64,000 nt of DNA from Raillietiella orientalis (GCA_036172245.1 JAYWIR010000013.1:992001-1056000), one strand, 5' to 3'; counted from the stretch's first letter, positions 33,701 through 44,442 are shown. Translations and numbers: made by a program. Notes: generated by a model not told the origin, from the letters alone.

Positions 33701-34965
33701 GGACTTCGAGAGAGGAAGGGAGAAAACGGAGTAGCACCGCAGGGTGCCCGGAGCCCTCCCTCGCCTCCCCTCAGCGGCATCGCTCCTCGCCCCCCGACCT
33801 TACCCCTTTCCGGGGGCGGCACGTCTCGCCCCTCCCGCTGTCCATCCAGAGGGAAGGGAAGCTTCCCCCCCTGCCGCCCACTTTTGACTGAGAAGCGCGA
33901 GCGCATCTCTCGAGGACGACCGGCCGGCCGCTGTGCACCGGGGAGGAGGAGGGGGGGAGACAAACGACGCCCAATGGCGAGGAACGAGGGAGCGGGCTGC
34001 TTCAGCCTTCTTCCCTCGGCCAAGGAGGGAAAGAACGAGAGGCGTCCCGTCCAGTGCACGTGCTGGGCAGCCAAGCGAGCGCTCCCCCCGGTTTCCTCCC
34101 TCCCCCTCGTTTCTTTGGAAACCAACCGCAGCGGTGGAGGTGAAAGGAATGCTGCAGCGCAAGGCGGTTGACCTCGGGGTGGAAAAGACGCGCGCGACCC
34201 TTTCACAAAAAAAAGGGGGGAGAAGAGAGGAAAGGAAGAAAAAAAAAGGAAACGGGAGAGGGGGAGAAAGGAGGGGGAGGAAGGGGAGAATTCAGCGTGA
34301 CCTCCTCCGCGCGCGCACGCGTCGCTCCGTCGGACGCTAAGAGAGGGCGCTGCTTCCGCGGCGGCGGAGGCGACGGCAGAGCGGCGAGCTGCGTTTTTCC
34401 ACGAAACTTCCTCCTCCTCTCCGTTCCCCACCCCTTCCGCTCCGCTCCCCACAACGCTCCTCTCCTTCGCCTCTCCCCGAGTTCGCGCAACCCGAAAGAG
34501 TTTTTTTTCCCCTCCCTTCCCCCCCCCTCCCTTTTTTCTCTTTTTCTTTTTTTGCGGACGCGCGGTGCGAACTCTTGTGGGGAGCGCGCGCGCGCGCGGA
34601 AACGCGCTTATGAAAGTGCTGCAGGCTCCGAGAGATCCGGGTGCTGGAGGTGGGTGAAGCGACCCCATGGGGTGAGCGGCACGAAAAAGAGCAAGGGTTA
34701 CCTTCATCGTGGACTTGGAGCGGCCATCGTGCTTGGACAACTGCAGGGACGACAGGGAGAACGTCGCCGGCGTCGAGGACTCGTCCTCACAGTCGGGCTC
34801 GGGTTCGCTCTGCACATCCCGCTGCAGCTCGCGGAACTGGCGTCGGGCGCGGATGGGACCGCGGATCCCGAACTTGCTGCGGATTTTGGGGGAAGAGATG
34901 GGACTGGGCACCGGACTCGTCAGGGGGCTCAAGCTCTGCAGGCGGTGGACCAGCTGGCCAAGCAT
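10952..34965 (-). CDS. ARHGAP20: Rho GTPase-activating protein 20-like (PH + Ras-association + RhoGAP), 13 coding exons, about 1306 aa
   Basis: Exons 34965-34702, 19650-19540, 17217-17107, 17052-16834, 16621-16407, 16035-15909, 15840-15693, 14091-13953, 13892-13685, 13521-13447, 13377-13181, 13109-12775, 12723-10952 total 3921 nt with consistent phases and GT-AG ends. Motifs: PH (RHLFLFTDLLFVAK, SFVIGWPTVNVVACFS), RA (FRLWV...YPLIGHEYPFSIKM), RhoGAP (GIFRKSAN, KDFFRSLPDCLL, NMMTAFNLAVCVGPSLL). The first two exons are the least certain. Confidence 0.9.
12775..13109 (-). CDS. ARHGAP20: ARHGAP20-like exon, RhoGAP C-terminal half
   Basis: ACAG| acceptor, G|GTGAG donor; encodes LLSRLDQSNVALLQHFLCVLHHI...NLAVCVGPSLLW. 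Confidence 0.9.
13181..13377 (-). CDS. ARHGAP20: ARHGAP20-like exon, RhoGAP core
   Basis: Encodes IRELRSKLD...LAALVKDFFRSLPDCLL; AAG acceptor, TG|GTAAGT donor. Confidence 0.9.
13447..13521 (-). CDS. ARHGAP20: ARHGAP20-like exon carrying the arginine finger
   Basis: Encodes DMLMQLFLKGPFTHGIFRKSANARQ; Arg codon CGG at 13470-13468; TTAG| acceptor, CAG|GTGC donor. Confidence 0.9.
13685..13892 (-). CDS. ARHGAP20: ARHGAP20-like exon, RA-to-RhoGAP linker
   Basis: Encodes ...KKFKKSKKAPIMKVF...LLFGQPLPSLC...LPKPVM; TGCAG| acceptor, ATG|GTAAG donor. Confidence 0.85.
13953..14091 (-). CDS. ARHGAP20: ARHGAP20-like exon, RA domain end
   Basis: Encodes (G)HEYPFSIKMNALRE...CHFILR; TTCAG| acceptor, CAG|GT donor. 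Confidence 0.88.
15693..15840 (-). CDS. ARHGAP20: ARHGAP20-like exon, RA domain
   Basis: Encodes LKTLCLSPKTTAKECIRMALDHL...FRLWVRT...YPLI(G); CCAG| acceptor, AG|GTGAG donor. Confidence 0.9.
15909..16035 (-). CDS. ARHGAP20: ARHGAP20-like exon, PH C-terminal helix
   Basis: Encodes APATKDLWYSKLNE...NIEY; GCAG| acceptor, |GTAAGT donor. Confidence 0.88.
16407..16621 (-). CDS. ARHGAP20: ARHGAP20-like exon, PH domain
   Basis: Encodes GLRIQDRHLFLFTDLLFVAKPR...SELWL...SFVIGWPTVNVVACF; C14-AG acceptor, |GTGAGT donor. Confidence 0.92.
16834..17052 (-). CDS. ARHGAP20: ARHGAP20-like exon, start of PH domain
   Basis: Encodes RSANSARKRGP...RHFVMDSSVQLVA; CTCAG| acceptor, G|GTAAG donor. Confidence 0.82.
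17107..17217 (-). CDS. ARHGAP20: ARHGAP20-like coding exon 3
   Basis: Encodes LLGEKENSDDAATDLDRIQELFPNNSLGLYDKEALST; TTGCAG| acceptor, G|GTGAG donor; phase 0/0. Confidence 0.78.
19435..19520 (+). repeat. Polypurine (GA-rich) tract in ARHGAP20-like intron 2
   Basis: GGA/GAA low-complexity run immediately inside the donor of exon 2. Confidence 0.85.
19540..19650 (-). CDS. ARHGAP20: ARHGAP20-like coding exon 2
   Basis: Encodes IRRLEQHDRYLQGMRREERCAFLSDQDVNLVTSRVSE; GTAG| acceptor, GAG|GTAAG donor; 111 nt, phase 0/0. Confidence 0.72.
24980..25002 (+). repeat. (GA)n microsatellite
   Basis: About 11 perfect GA units. Confidence 0.95.
27999..28018. repeat. (TA)10 microsatellite
   Basis: Perfect TA run within a TACA/TACG-rich patch (27940-28030). 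Confidence 0.95.
34702..34965 (-). CDS. ARHGAP20: ARHGAP20-like first coding exon
   Basis: ATG in ACCACCATG Kozak-like context; encodes MLGQLVHRLQSLSPLTSPVPSPISSPKIRSKF...STMK; AAG|GTAA donor in phase 0 matches the 19650 acceptor. Confidence 0.7.
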
Positions 34966-35170
34966 GGTGGTTCCCGGACTCCGCCGCCGCCGCCTCTGCG
35001 CTTCCACGTGCGGCGACGGTCCACCCTTATCCTTGGCTTCCGGAGCGCCACCGGCGTCCCTTCGGCGCTCCTCGCGCCGGCAGCATCGGATTTCCTCGAG
35101 ACGCGCAACAACAAGCGACCACACACGTGCGCAGTCACCTTGACACTGAGGCGGCCGGCCGCTCGGCGCG

Positions 35171-35810
35171 GCTTACCTGGCGTCCGTAGTTCCTCCCGCG
35201 GCGGTCAGAGGGCAGGGCGGCAGCCGAGCTCATCGACGCCGACGCCGACCCTCGCTAGCAGGGGCAAGGGAGCGCGCTTTGGCTGGCTCCATGCCCCCAC
35301 CCCCGCCCCTCCGCTTGCTTCCCCCGTCTGCCGAGACGCCGCCGCAGCCAGGGTACTACTACTCCACGGCGCCACCTCTGCCGAGTCCACCCGCGGGGGG
35401 GGGAAGGAGGAGGGGGTCGGCAAAGAGGGGACGGTTCCGCGATCCCGGAATGTCGAATCCAGAAGACGCTCGCGCTGCTCCTCCTTCGCCGCCGGATGGA
35501 ATCCCGATGCTCCCTGGCTTTGGGGAGGGGGGGGGGATAACGGGGGAGGGGGTGACCCGTTATCCTGCCGCGCCGCTTTGGAGGGAGAGGAGAGTCTCCC
35601 TCTCTCTCGTCCAGGGCGGACCGATGCGGGGCCTTTGTTCCCCCAGGCCGACTGCGCGGGATTCGGGAGGAAATCGTGGCGCGCCGCGCCACCTCTCCGC
35701 AACGGAGCGCGGCCCCGCGAACGTTCGAGATAAAATCTCGAGAAATCTCAGATAAAAAACGCCGCGCGCTCTGTTGAACCCTCCGCGTTCTTTTTTTAAA
35801 ATTTATTTAT
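35171..35810 (-). promoter_or_regulatory. Probable non-coding first exon and promoter of the ARHGAP20-like gene
   Basis: Strong donor CAG|GTAAGC at 35177/35176 upstream of the ATG exon; GC-rich stretch bounded by GATA-like motifs (35728-35758) and an AT-rich patch (35790-35810). TSS cannot be determined. Confidence 0.45.
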
Positions 35811-36205
35811 GGATGCGGATGCACCCTTGCATACGAGCATCGGCGTCCTTGTATACATGATGTACACGTGTACTTAAATGCATGCGTACACGTGCATGCA
35901 CGCACGCGTCTGTGTCCTCGTGAGCTTCTACGTGCACGCATCCGCATCTGCGTGCAGGTGCTCTGTGCACGAGAAAACCTATCTACGCTTATGTACATCT
36001 GTGTGCATACGTCTGTATATGTACACATGCATACGTGCATCCGTACCTATATTGCCCTGTTGCGCGTGCGTTCGTACACTCGTCTAGCATGCATGCACAA
36101 CTGCGTAGACGACATGTGCATGGATCCGCGTGCGTACATGTACGAACAGAACGCGTACACCGCACTCACGCAGGCGCTCCGTACAGAAGCACGCGCATGG
36201 CACGT
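35808..36205. repeat. Degenerate purine/pyrimidine-alternating tract
   Basis: Dense ATGCAT, TGTACA, CACGTG, GTGCAC and TACGTG words over about 400 nt. Confidence 0.8.
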
Positions 36206-39200
36206 CCGCTGCCAGCTCCCTGAATCGATCGACCCCCTTGCGCACTCCTCCGTTGCTTAGGCAACCAGGAAGGTGATCGGAAGAACGTGCGAAAGATCGC
36301 AGGCGTTGCGAGGAGGCAGGGAAGGAGCATCCGCGAGCACGGGACGGTCCCGAACCGCGGAGCCGCCGCCGGTGACGTTTCTGGTCGAGGGTGCGGCCGG
36401 CGCACCGGGAATTCCCGCCTTCCCTCCCCCCCCCCCTTCCCTCTCCTCCCACCCTCGTCTGAGAGCGCCGGCACGTGCGCCAGAGAGGCTGATCGTACGT
36501 GCTCTTGTGATCCGGCTTTGGGCGGGTCGGGCAGGCACGTAGGGTTGCCCCGAGGCAGACCGCCGTGCTCAAGAAGCCGGCGGGAACGAAGCGTTCCAAA
36601 TGAGCACGCCATGGCAGCCGCGCGGGGCGCGTTCGCGTGGGGAGGCGTTCCGGACTCATGCGAGACCCAAGAGGACGGAAGAGTGGACCGGAGTAGGAGA
36701 GTCCACGCGAAGGCGAGCCTCCGCTTTCCAGCGGTCGGAGAGCGTCTTCCCGATTCCCGGACGCTCTGGACGATGGCGCGAGGTGGGCCGCGCCTTCAAG
36801 CAGCGACGTGCCCGCCTCCCCACCGCGGAACGAGCGGCGCGCGTCGTCGCCGAGCGCTGGGCGGCGGCGTGGGCAACCGCGCCTTCCGACCGTCCTCAAG
36901 CTCCGGGAAGGGAGAGCCAGCGCGTGGTCGACTGGGGGGACGCATCGCCGATCCGCATCGTCGAAAGCGAGGGACTGGGACGTCGTCGTCGTGTCGTCAC
37001 CGCCTCTCTCTCGATTCTCACCACGCAGACGCTTCCTTCTCCTCCTCCCCCCTTTCTTTTCTTTCCTTTCTGCTTTGCCCCCTGGCCGACGTGGGTGACA
37101 TGAGCCTCCTCCTCTGGGTGGGAGATCACGATCTTCCGCGCGCGCGGGGACGCCGGTGGCGGAAAGTCCCGGCTGTTCTCCCAGAGGTGGGACTCTCGGC
37201 GGCGTTCCCGGGGACCAAATAGACTCGAGCCCTCGCCTTGACGAGCAGCAGTCTGTCCGACGGCTACGAGTCTCCCTCCGTCATCTTCAGCTTCAAGAAG
37301 GGGGAAAAAAGGAGGGGGAGGGGAGGAGGAAGTGCTATTGCATCGGCCGGAAATTCCTTCTCGAGTGTGCGCATGCGCTTCTGCGCGCGGGGTCCCCACG
37401 TGTACCACCGCTGTTACGAATTCCGTTACTCCGCCATCATCACGCTGGAACCTTCCAGCTGGGTGGCGCATCCACTCCTCCAGGCTTCGGATTCGAGCTA
37501 ATTGGCCCCTCCCATCGCGTTCCTCTCTCTCTCTTTCCTTTCTTTTTTCTTTTCATCCTCTCTTTCTCTTCTCTTTTTTTCGGATTGTCGCTAGGAACGT
37601 TACTGGGGGCAAAAAAGAAAAAAACTCGATGACGACCTCTCGGTCTGCGCCGAGGTTCACCCGTCCTCTCCTTCGGAGGCGACCAACCGCTCTCGCTCTC
37701 CACGCTCGGGACGAAGCAGGTCACCCCCCCCCCCCTCCCCTCACACACACCCATTCTTCTCCGTCTCCTCCTCCTGTTTCGCGGCCGTCGGCTCCGGTGG
37801 GGTCGAAAGTCGGCAGCGGCAGCACGGATGCTCCCTGGAAGGGCGGCAGCGTCCCTCTCTTGGGGAAGGGAGGAAGGTGGGATGGAAGGCGGGAGTGTGG
37901 GGGGATCGCCTCCCCGCCTCCGGGCCGCTCCGGGCTCGGCCGCACCCTGCCGCCTTCGTGGCGCTTTCGCAACCCATTCACCACCCAGCAGAACACACCG
38001 CAGGGTTGCTCTCGCCGCTCCATTCATGACGTCCGAGGTCCTTGGAAGATTTTCATTCATCCGAAAGCCATTTCGGACTCTCTACCCCCCCCCCTCCTCC
38101 CCCTCGCGTCCGCCTTCCCCCCTTCGGCACGCGAAAGAGCGGCGGCCATTTGCACAACGTCTTGTCCCCGACTCCCGCGTTACGAAACCGGCGGTTTCAC
38201 CAACCTCCTTGATTTATTTCTTTCCTTGTTTTCCTTCTCTCTCTCTTTTTTTCCTTTTTTTTATTGTGTTTGTGTGATTGTTCGTCAAATACATGCACAC
38301 ACGGGGGAGGGGGGAGAAACACACACAGCAACCATCGCGTTAATCACAAGCGGATGTGCTCGCGCCCCGCTAATGAGTGGAGACCCCACGTCATCAGCTC
38401 ATCACCAGAGCACCTCCGCGTTTCGCCGAGAGCCCCCCCCTCTTAACCCCCTCCGTCCCTGCTCCCTCCCTCCTCCTCCGTCTCCTCCCCTGTCGGCGTT
38501 GTTGCATGCACCGGCTCGCTGGCGGTGTTCCCGGCTCTCCAGCGATGCCGCAAAGCAGTCGCGAACAACCTGAACGGGCGAAGAGGAGCAGTTCCTCCGG
38601 GCGACAACCGCCGCCACCATGGTGGACGCGAACAGCCGCGCGCCTTGCTTCTCGAGGAGTGGGAGGAGAGAGGTCAGGAACTCCACTCACCCGCCCCCAC
38701 CCCTGTCCCCTGTCCCCACTGATTGCTCCAGGCGGCGAACGAATCGACCGCTGGGTACCGAGTACCGGAGAAAGTTTTTTCCCTCCCGGTCATGCCTGGA
38801 GGCGTTCGCTTCGTAGAAAAACGGACCGGTCGGGAACGCGCAGGTTCCCGGCCGATGACAAAACAAGTCCCTGAGGGGGAGGTCTGCGCCGACATGCAGG
38901 TCGGAACATCCAGGAACGGGAGGGAAGGGGCGAGAAAGTGTCTTTAGTGTCCGCTCCGTGTGCACCGGGATGAATATGCAAAACACCAGGAGAGGTCCAT
39001 AGAGAAAGGGAGTGGGCAGCGAAAGGGAGCGAGATAAAAAAAAAAAAAGGGAGGTTGGTGTCAAGCGTCATCAGCGTCGGCCATTCCTTCACTTCGCCGG
39101 CCATCTACGTCTTCACTTCTTCAGAGCCATCGCCCTCGTGAGGGCGGCTGCCATTCCAGTGACTTCCTCTCTCTGAGTGGTCGTCTCGGGCACACGGCGG

Positions 39201-39699
39201 GCGGGCTGTGACGTCACGGCGCGGACGCGGCCCACCATTGCCGTCGCTGCGACCGCCGAGAGGAGAACGCCGTGCAAGAAGAACCGCCGCCGCCGCGACA
39301 GGTCACGGACGGCGTCTTCCTAGTGCAGGAGCGTCTCCTCCAGTCCGAGCCAGGAGGGCACCGCAGTCCGAAAGCAGGCGCCGGGTGGCCGCCCACCGAC
39401 GTGCACCTGCTCAGGGACTCTGCCCCCTACCCCACCCCCTGAGACGAGGGATGGCAGAACAGCCTGCCCCCAGGTTACAGGGAACGCAGAAGCCTTCAGA
39501 CATCGAGGAAGGGCCTCAAGTGCCTCGGGGGGCAGCACTTGGAGATCGGCTCCACCCACAGACTCCCGTCGCTAGGGCTACGCGGAGTGGCGTCGTCCAC
39601 GGACGGACAGAATCGGAAGCGGTGTGCGGGTGCGGTGTGCGCGCCAGCGTGCAGCGTAGCCTCCTGGTGGACTCTCTGTCCCACGAACCGACCGTGGGA

Positions 39700-40300
39700 C
39701 AGAAGGCTCGGCGCCAATGTGCGGGGCCTCAGGGAGTCACCCGCAGCCAGCGTGGGGGCGGAGTCCTCTCGCCCGGTCGACCGGATCTTCCCGGGCAACG
39801 GGTGGCAGACGGAGGGGGCGATGAGGGGGGAAAGCGGGTTCGAATCCCGTCCCGGAATACGAGGACTCGAGAGGTCCCTCTCATCCCGATCGAGTCCATC
39901 TCCGGCGGGAGTCGTTCCTTTCGCCTGTCCGCGTTCTTCTACGGAGGGGTTGGGGGTGAAGGGGAGGGGTGCCACTATCTCGGAATCGTCTTTTTAGGGG
40001 AAGAGGTCGGCCGTGAGCCTCCCGCGCGAAACGCTTCCCACTGCACCTCCCGTCTGCGCTCCCGGATGCGCAGGAAAGCGTTTCAGAGGCAACCGCGGGT
40101 GCCATGCCTCGCCCACCCCCTTCGCTCCAAAGGGAAGGACGGAAGGTCCCGTGACGACGCTCCTGTGGCTGCCGAGTCGTGAGCGCGTTTCCTTGAATCC
40201 CGCTCGTGACCCTGCCCAGGGGCGCCCGGGTTCCTACTTCCCGACTGATCGCCGCCTTCCGGGAGAAATCGCCGATCGGTTCTCCCCCTCCTCTGCGGTC
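39700..40300 (+). mobile_element. Decayed APE-type LINE endonuclease remnant
   Basis: NVRGL at 39716-39730, then VDRIFPG and SPAGVVPF at roughly the spacing of the DIxxLQE and GVAIL motifs. Confidence 0.45.
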
Positions 40301-41049
40301 ACCAGCCGCATCGCGCGTTTCCCATCGGTCCTGGAAGTCCTGAGGCACCCTCGCCGGGACGGCCGGCGGGGGGCAGCTCAAAAGCACGTGGGAGGGCGAG
40401 CGAGGAGCTCCGGAAAGAACGGGGACGGAGGCTCTTCGGGATCGTCCCAGTCTCCGATGCTTCGGGGAGCCTGAGGCGGCTGACCCGGAGCCCGCGCGGA
40501 AGGTTCGGAAGGGGGAGTGGAGGGGGCAACCTGGCTCCTGTGCCGGCTGCGGCCCGGCACTTCCGAGCTCGGGGATGAGAGAGGCAGCGCCGCAGGGGTC
40601 ATCGAGAAGCCCGGAGGGAGGGAGCGGACTCGAAGGTTCCTCCCGGCGGACCAGACTGAGAAAGCAAGACCAGGAGGCGGAGTAAGGGAGGGGGAAGGGA
40701 GCTCTTAGGATTCGCCTTCCGGAAGGAGGAGCATTCCTGGATGCGGCGGCGTGTGCGATGACGCGACGGAGGTGATGCGATGGGCAGAGCAGGGGGTGAC
40801 ACGTAAAAGCTTCCCCGAGGGCTGCGGGCACGGCACGTCCCACCGCGTCCCAGCTACCTCTTCTTTTTACCGGCTCTGATTGGCCGACGGCAGCGCCCTG
40901 TCCCGGGCACAAACATTCCTGCTGAGCCTTCTTCAAACGCCAGCCACGTTCCAGGTTTCGGAGCGAAGCTTATCGCAGCATCCGCCGGGAGAACGCCGGG
41001 GTATCCGGGAAAATCCGGAGTAGCAAGAAAGCCCTTCGTCACTTGCCTG

Positions 41050-41820
41050 CTCGAAGGTCCTCGGCTCCTGATCTCCGGGCTTTCCAGGAACCGTGGTAGC
41101 TGCGTGACGGAGGGTTCGCTCTGGGGTTCCCTGGGGAACGGCCCGAAACGTCCGCCACTTGCTCGTGCCGCCGAAAAATGGGACCTCCCTAGAAGGGAAA
41201 ACGAGGAAAAACTCCCTAGAAACGAGGAGCTCTAGCGGGCAGAGAGCCCGAGGAGGGTGTTCTCTCCGGCGAGACGGCGGGGGTTCGACCACATCTCCTC
41301 CCGGAAGGCTCCAGAGGTTGAGCCAGGAATGGAGGCGCGTAGCGACGCTGCTGCTCCGCCCTCTGGGCACGCCGGCTGCTGCCTCTGAGAGTAGCGGTGA
41401 CCCCTTCCCCCGAAGTATGCGTGGTGGTGGTGGGAGATTGGGGACGCGTCCTCCATCCCGGAGAGCCGGCCGCAGTCGCTTCCCTGAACGCAGGGGGAGA
41501 GCGCTAAAATGGTCCAGTCTGGGATGCAGAGTTAAAGGGAATTTCACGACCAGCTCATCACCGAAGAACGCACCCCGATTCTACCCTGTCTCTGCCTTCA
41601 CGGAAGTCATGCTGACCACCGCGAGGCCCTCCTGCCCCATTTTCCTGCATTCTTCATTTGCTGGCCTGCTCCCCTCCCCATTCCTCCCCGGTTCTGCCTC
41701 TGGCGGCCTGGAGCCCTTCTGCGTGTCAGGAGTCGACACACTTCGATCCCTTATTTACTGTAAAAATTTATTTATTTATCTATTTGAAATAAATAAACGC
41801 ATTCGGGATGAGAAGGTCCA
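41050..41820 (+). mobile_element. Decayed LINE 3' end
   Basis: QEWRRVATLLL (about 41324-41356) is homologous to REWQEVALLVLH of the 63 kb copy; ends in an AT-rich tract with AATAAATAAA near 41788-41798. Confidence 0.5.
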
Positions 41821-42549
41821 TGGAAACAGCGGTTCTCTGCGAGTCTGATGGGGGCGACGACCGCCGCCAAGGGGCGAGGCTCTCCGCAGATGTTCTCATC
41901 CCGCTCTCTCCTGGAGCAGAGGGCGGCTTCCCAGAGATGGCCCGCGAGGGGAAGGAGGGCCTCGGGGCTCTCCGTGACCTCGGGAACCATCGCCCGGGGT
42001 GCTCGTCAAAGAGCTGCGGGTGGCAGAACTGAACATGGCGATGCGGTCCTTCAGGAGACGCCGAGCAGAGCCCGACCCGTGACCGGATCCGCCGACGGCT
42101 CTGCCCTCAGGTGCCGCCTTTACGTTCTCTGGGGAGAGGAGGGGAGGGGAGCCGCCCCTCCCTTCGAAGAAGAGTAGGCGATGGGGGGGATTTGCTGCGG
42201 CAGCGGCGCCGAGGGGCCTAGGGGGAGGGGACGGGTGATAGGCCTGGGGGAACGGAAGGTGGGGAGGAAAAAGGAAGTCGGCAAATAACCCCGGGGTTCG
42301 GGTGGCCGGGGCCGAGCAGGAGGGTGCGCGCAGCAGAGGCAGCGGCAGTCAGGCGGGCAACCGTCCTCTTCACCCCTCAGGGCGTCGGCAGGTGTCACTG
42401 CGAAGACAGCATTTCGGACGCGAGCGGGCAGCTCCGGGGATGTCTGGTGCAATCAGCTGCCGGAGCACTTCCTCCTCCTTTCCTCCTGTCCTTCCTCTTC
42501 CTTCCTTCTTCACTCTTCCTTCCGCCTTTCCTCCTCCTCCCAGATGGAC

Positions 42550-44442
42550 CGTCTTGCAACCACTGGTGAAACCCGGCGTGGTTCTCAACATGGTAGTCTC
42601 AAGCAGCGAGTGCTACTCCCCCTCTTTCTCCGCCTTTCCGGAGTACCAAGGGCTAGGCTCAGTGAGTATTCAAGAAAGCGCATCTGACCCCTGGAAACTC
42701 TTCCTCCTGAGGTGGTGTCTGTTTTTCCTTCTCTAGAGCTCTCGGGTTCTCGGGATCTGCAGAGCGCTTGCGGGCAGTTCGTTCGTGGCGTCCCGAGAGG
42801 TCCGCCTTTCCCCCAACTCACCCCCAAATCAGCGGCCCTAAATCTTCTCTGAGGACTGTCTCTGCAGAAAGGGGTACCCGGCGCGGCAGGGGGGGAGACG
42901 GATGCCTCCAGAGAGCGCTGGTATCTTCTTGGGCCGCGGTGTGGAATGCGTTCGCGGTTCCACTCCTCCACCCCTTGCTTTTTGCTTGCCCTGTCTTTGC
43001 GGCAATTCGAAAAAGGGCCGAGGACCTCCTCAGAAGGTTAGGTCCTCAGAAAGACCTTGTGGGGCAAAGAAAGGTCCAGAGTCCGTTCGAAAGACCTCTG
43101 CTCTGCGTAGGGATGGTGGACTGAGCCTCCTTACGTTGGAACGAATGGAGCGACAACTCCAATTCCGCAGAGTCGCCCTTGAGTCCAAGCTCTGGACTAC
43201 ACCTTGGTGCGCTCCGGCAAGAATTCTCGCCAAACAGGCAAGCGGCTGTGAAGTACTGGCCTCGGTCGTCATGGTCACCGAGAGGAGTCTTGGACATCTT
43301 GGTTCCCAACTCCGACACTTGGTTGCCATGGTCCAAAGGAATCCCTGGTTCTCCGTCCTCCCCGCTAACTGGACTGTCTGGCTGCAGGAGTCCCGTTTTC
43401 GCATAGGGAAAAATCAATGGCACGGGCGAGACAGAGTTCATCTGCTTTCGGAACAGCAGATACGCTCTCCAGCCGCTGATGGAGATCCTGGGAAGCACCA
43501 GGAAGCTGCTGTGGGCTTTGTATACCTCTCTCGCTTCTGTGCTGCCCTCCCTAAGGTGAGCTACGGACAGACAACTTCCAGAGAGGTGGGAAGTGATGAC
43601 CTGCGTGATAGGGAGCAGGAAAAAACATCTGAGTGCGTGCAACTCGGGAGCTGGTGGATGCCGCGATCCCGATTGTCCCGGACTGCTACGCTGGGGACAG
43701 CTTCTACAAATTCCTCAGGAGGAGGTACAGTGGCCTCCAGCGTGTTGGAACAGTGCTGCCCTCTCCCTTAAGTGGCAGGAGTCGGCGACTCTGCTGTCGC
43801 ACGGGGGTCTCCCATGCAACGCCTGCCGACACCATTGGACCCGGGGGAGTGTAAGCCCGAACTGCGGCAGGTTTAGAAAGAGAGAGTTCCTCTCGCACCT
43901 GCTCATGGATTGTGTCGCCCTCCATCCCATGTATGACCGCCTTCCCGTGTCCCTGCGGATCCTGGAGAGTAATCCCAGAGACGTTTTAAAGCGTCTCTTC
44001 CAGCGCAACACCCTCACGCAGGCTGCATTCCTAGCAGCACTTTGCTGCCTACGTGGGATCACGGATGCATGGAGCAACGCCAGAGGAGGCCGGAACGACA
44101 GGAACGTCATCTATTGTTCTGTCTTCTTTATGAGGACAGTGTCAAGATGACCCTATCTGGGTATCCTTAGACAGGAACTTGCCGGAATCCTGGCATGGAT
44201 GCAGAGCGCACCCTCCAGCAGCCTATTATCCTTTCCCGAGCCCCCCCAAAGTGTTTCATTTGTTTTCATTCTGTCTTTTTTTTCGTTTGTCTCTACCCCC
44301 TCTGCTGCCGAGACGCACCTCGCCGGCTTGCGTGCCGGTTCTCGGCAGGTTCCCTCCGTGACGTGGGAGGGCCAAGAGTCCTACCACTGACTTGTATGTT
44401 TACAACTAAAACTACAACTAAACGCCCCGGCGCAACCGTGTG
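42550..44442 (+). mobile_element. 5'-truncated L1/Tx1-type LINE (RT thumb to 3' end), pseudogenised
   Basis: LWG...V...RDGGL (about 43057-43123); WQESATLLSHGGLPCNACRHHWTRG..PNC...FLSHLLMDC (about 43773-43913); T-rich 3' UTR; hairpin 44305-44348; terminal hairpin 44423-44442. Confidence 0.82.

Noticed and set aside
39788..39857. tRNA-like T-arm GCGGGTTCGAATCCCGT with partial acceptor-stem complementarity
   Set aside because: No D-stem or anticodon stem can be formed, there is no A-box, and it lies inside an endonuclease remnant.
44305..44360. HDV-like ribozyme reading of the LINE 3' hairpin
   Set aside because: Lacks the 3-bp P3 with its conserved loop, P4 and the J4/2 catalytic C arrangement.
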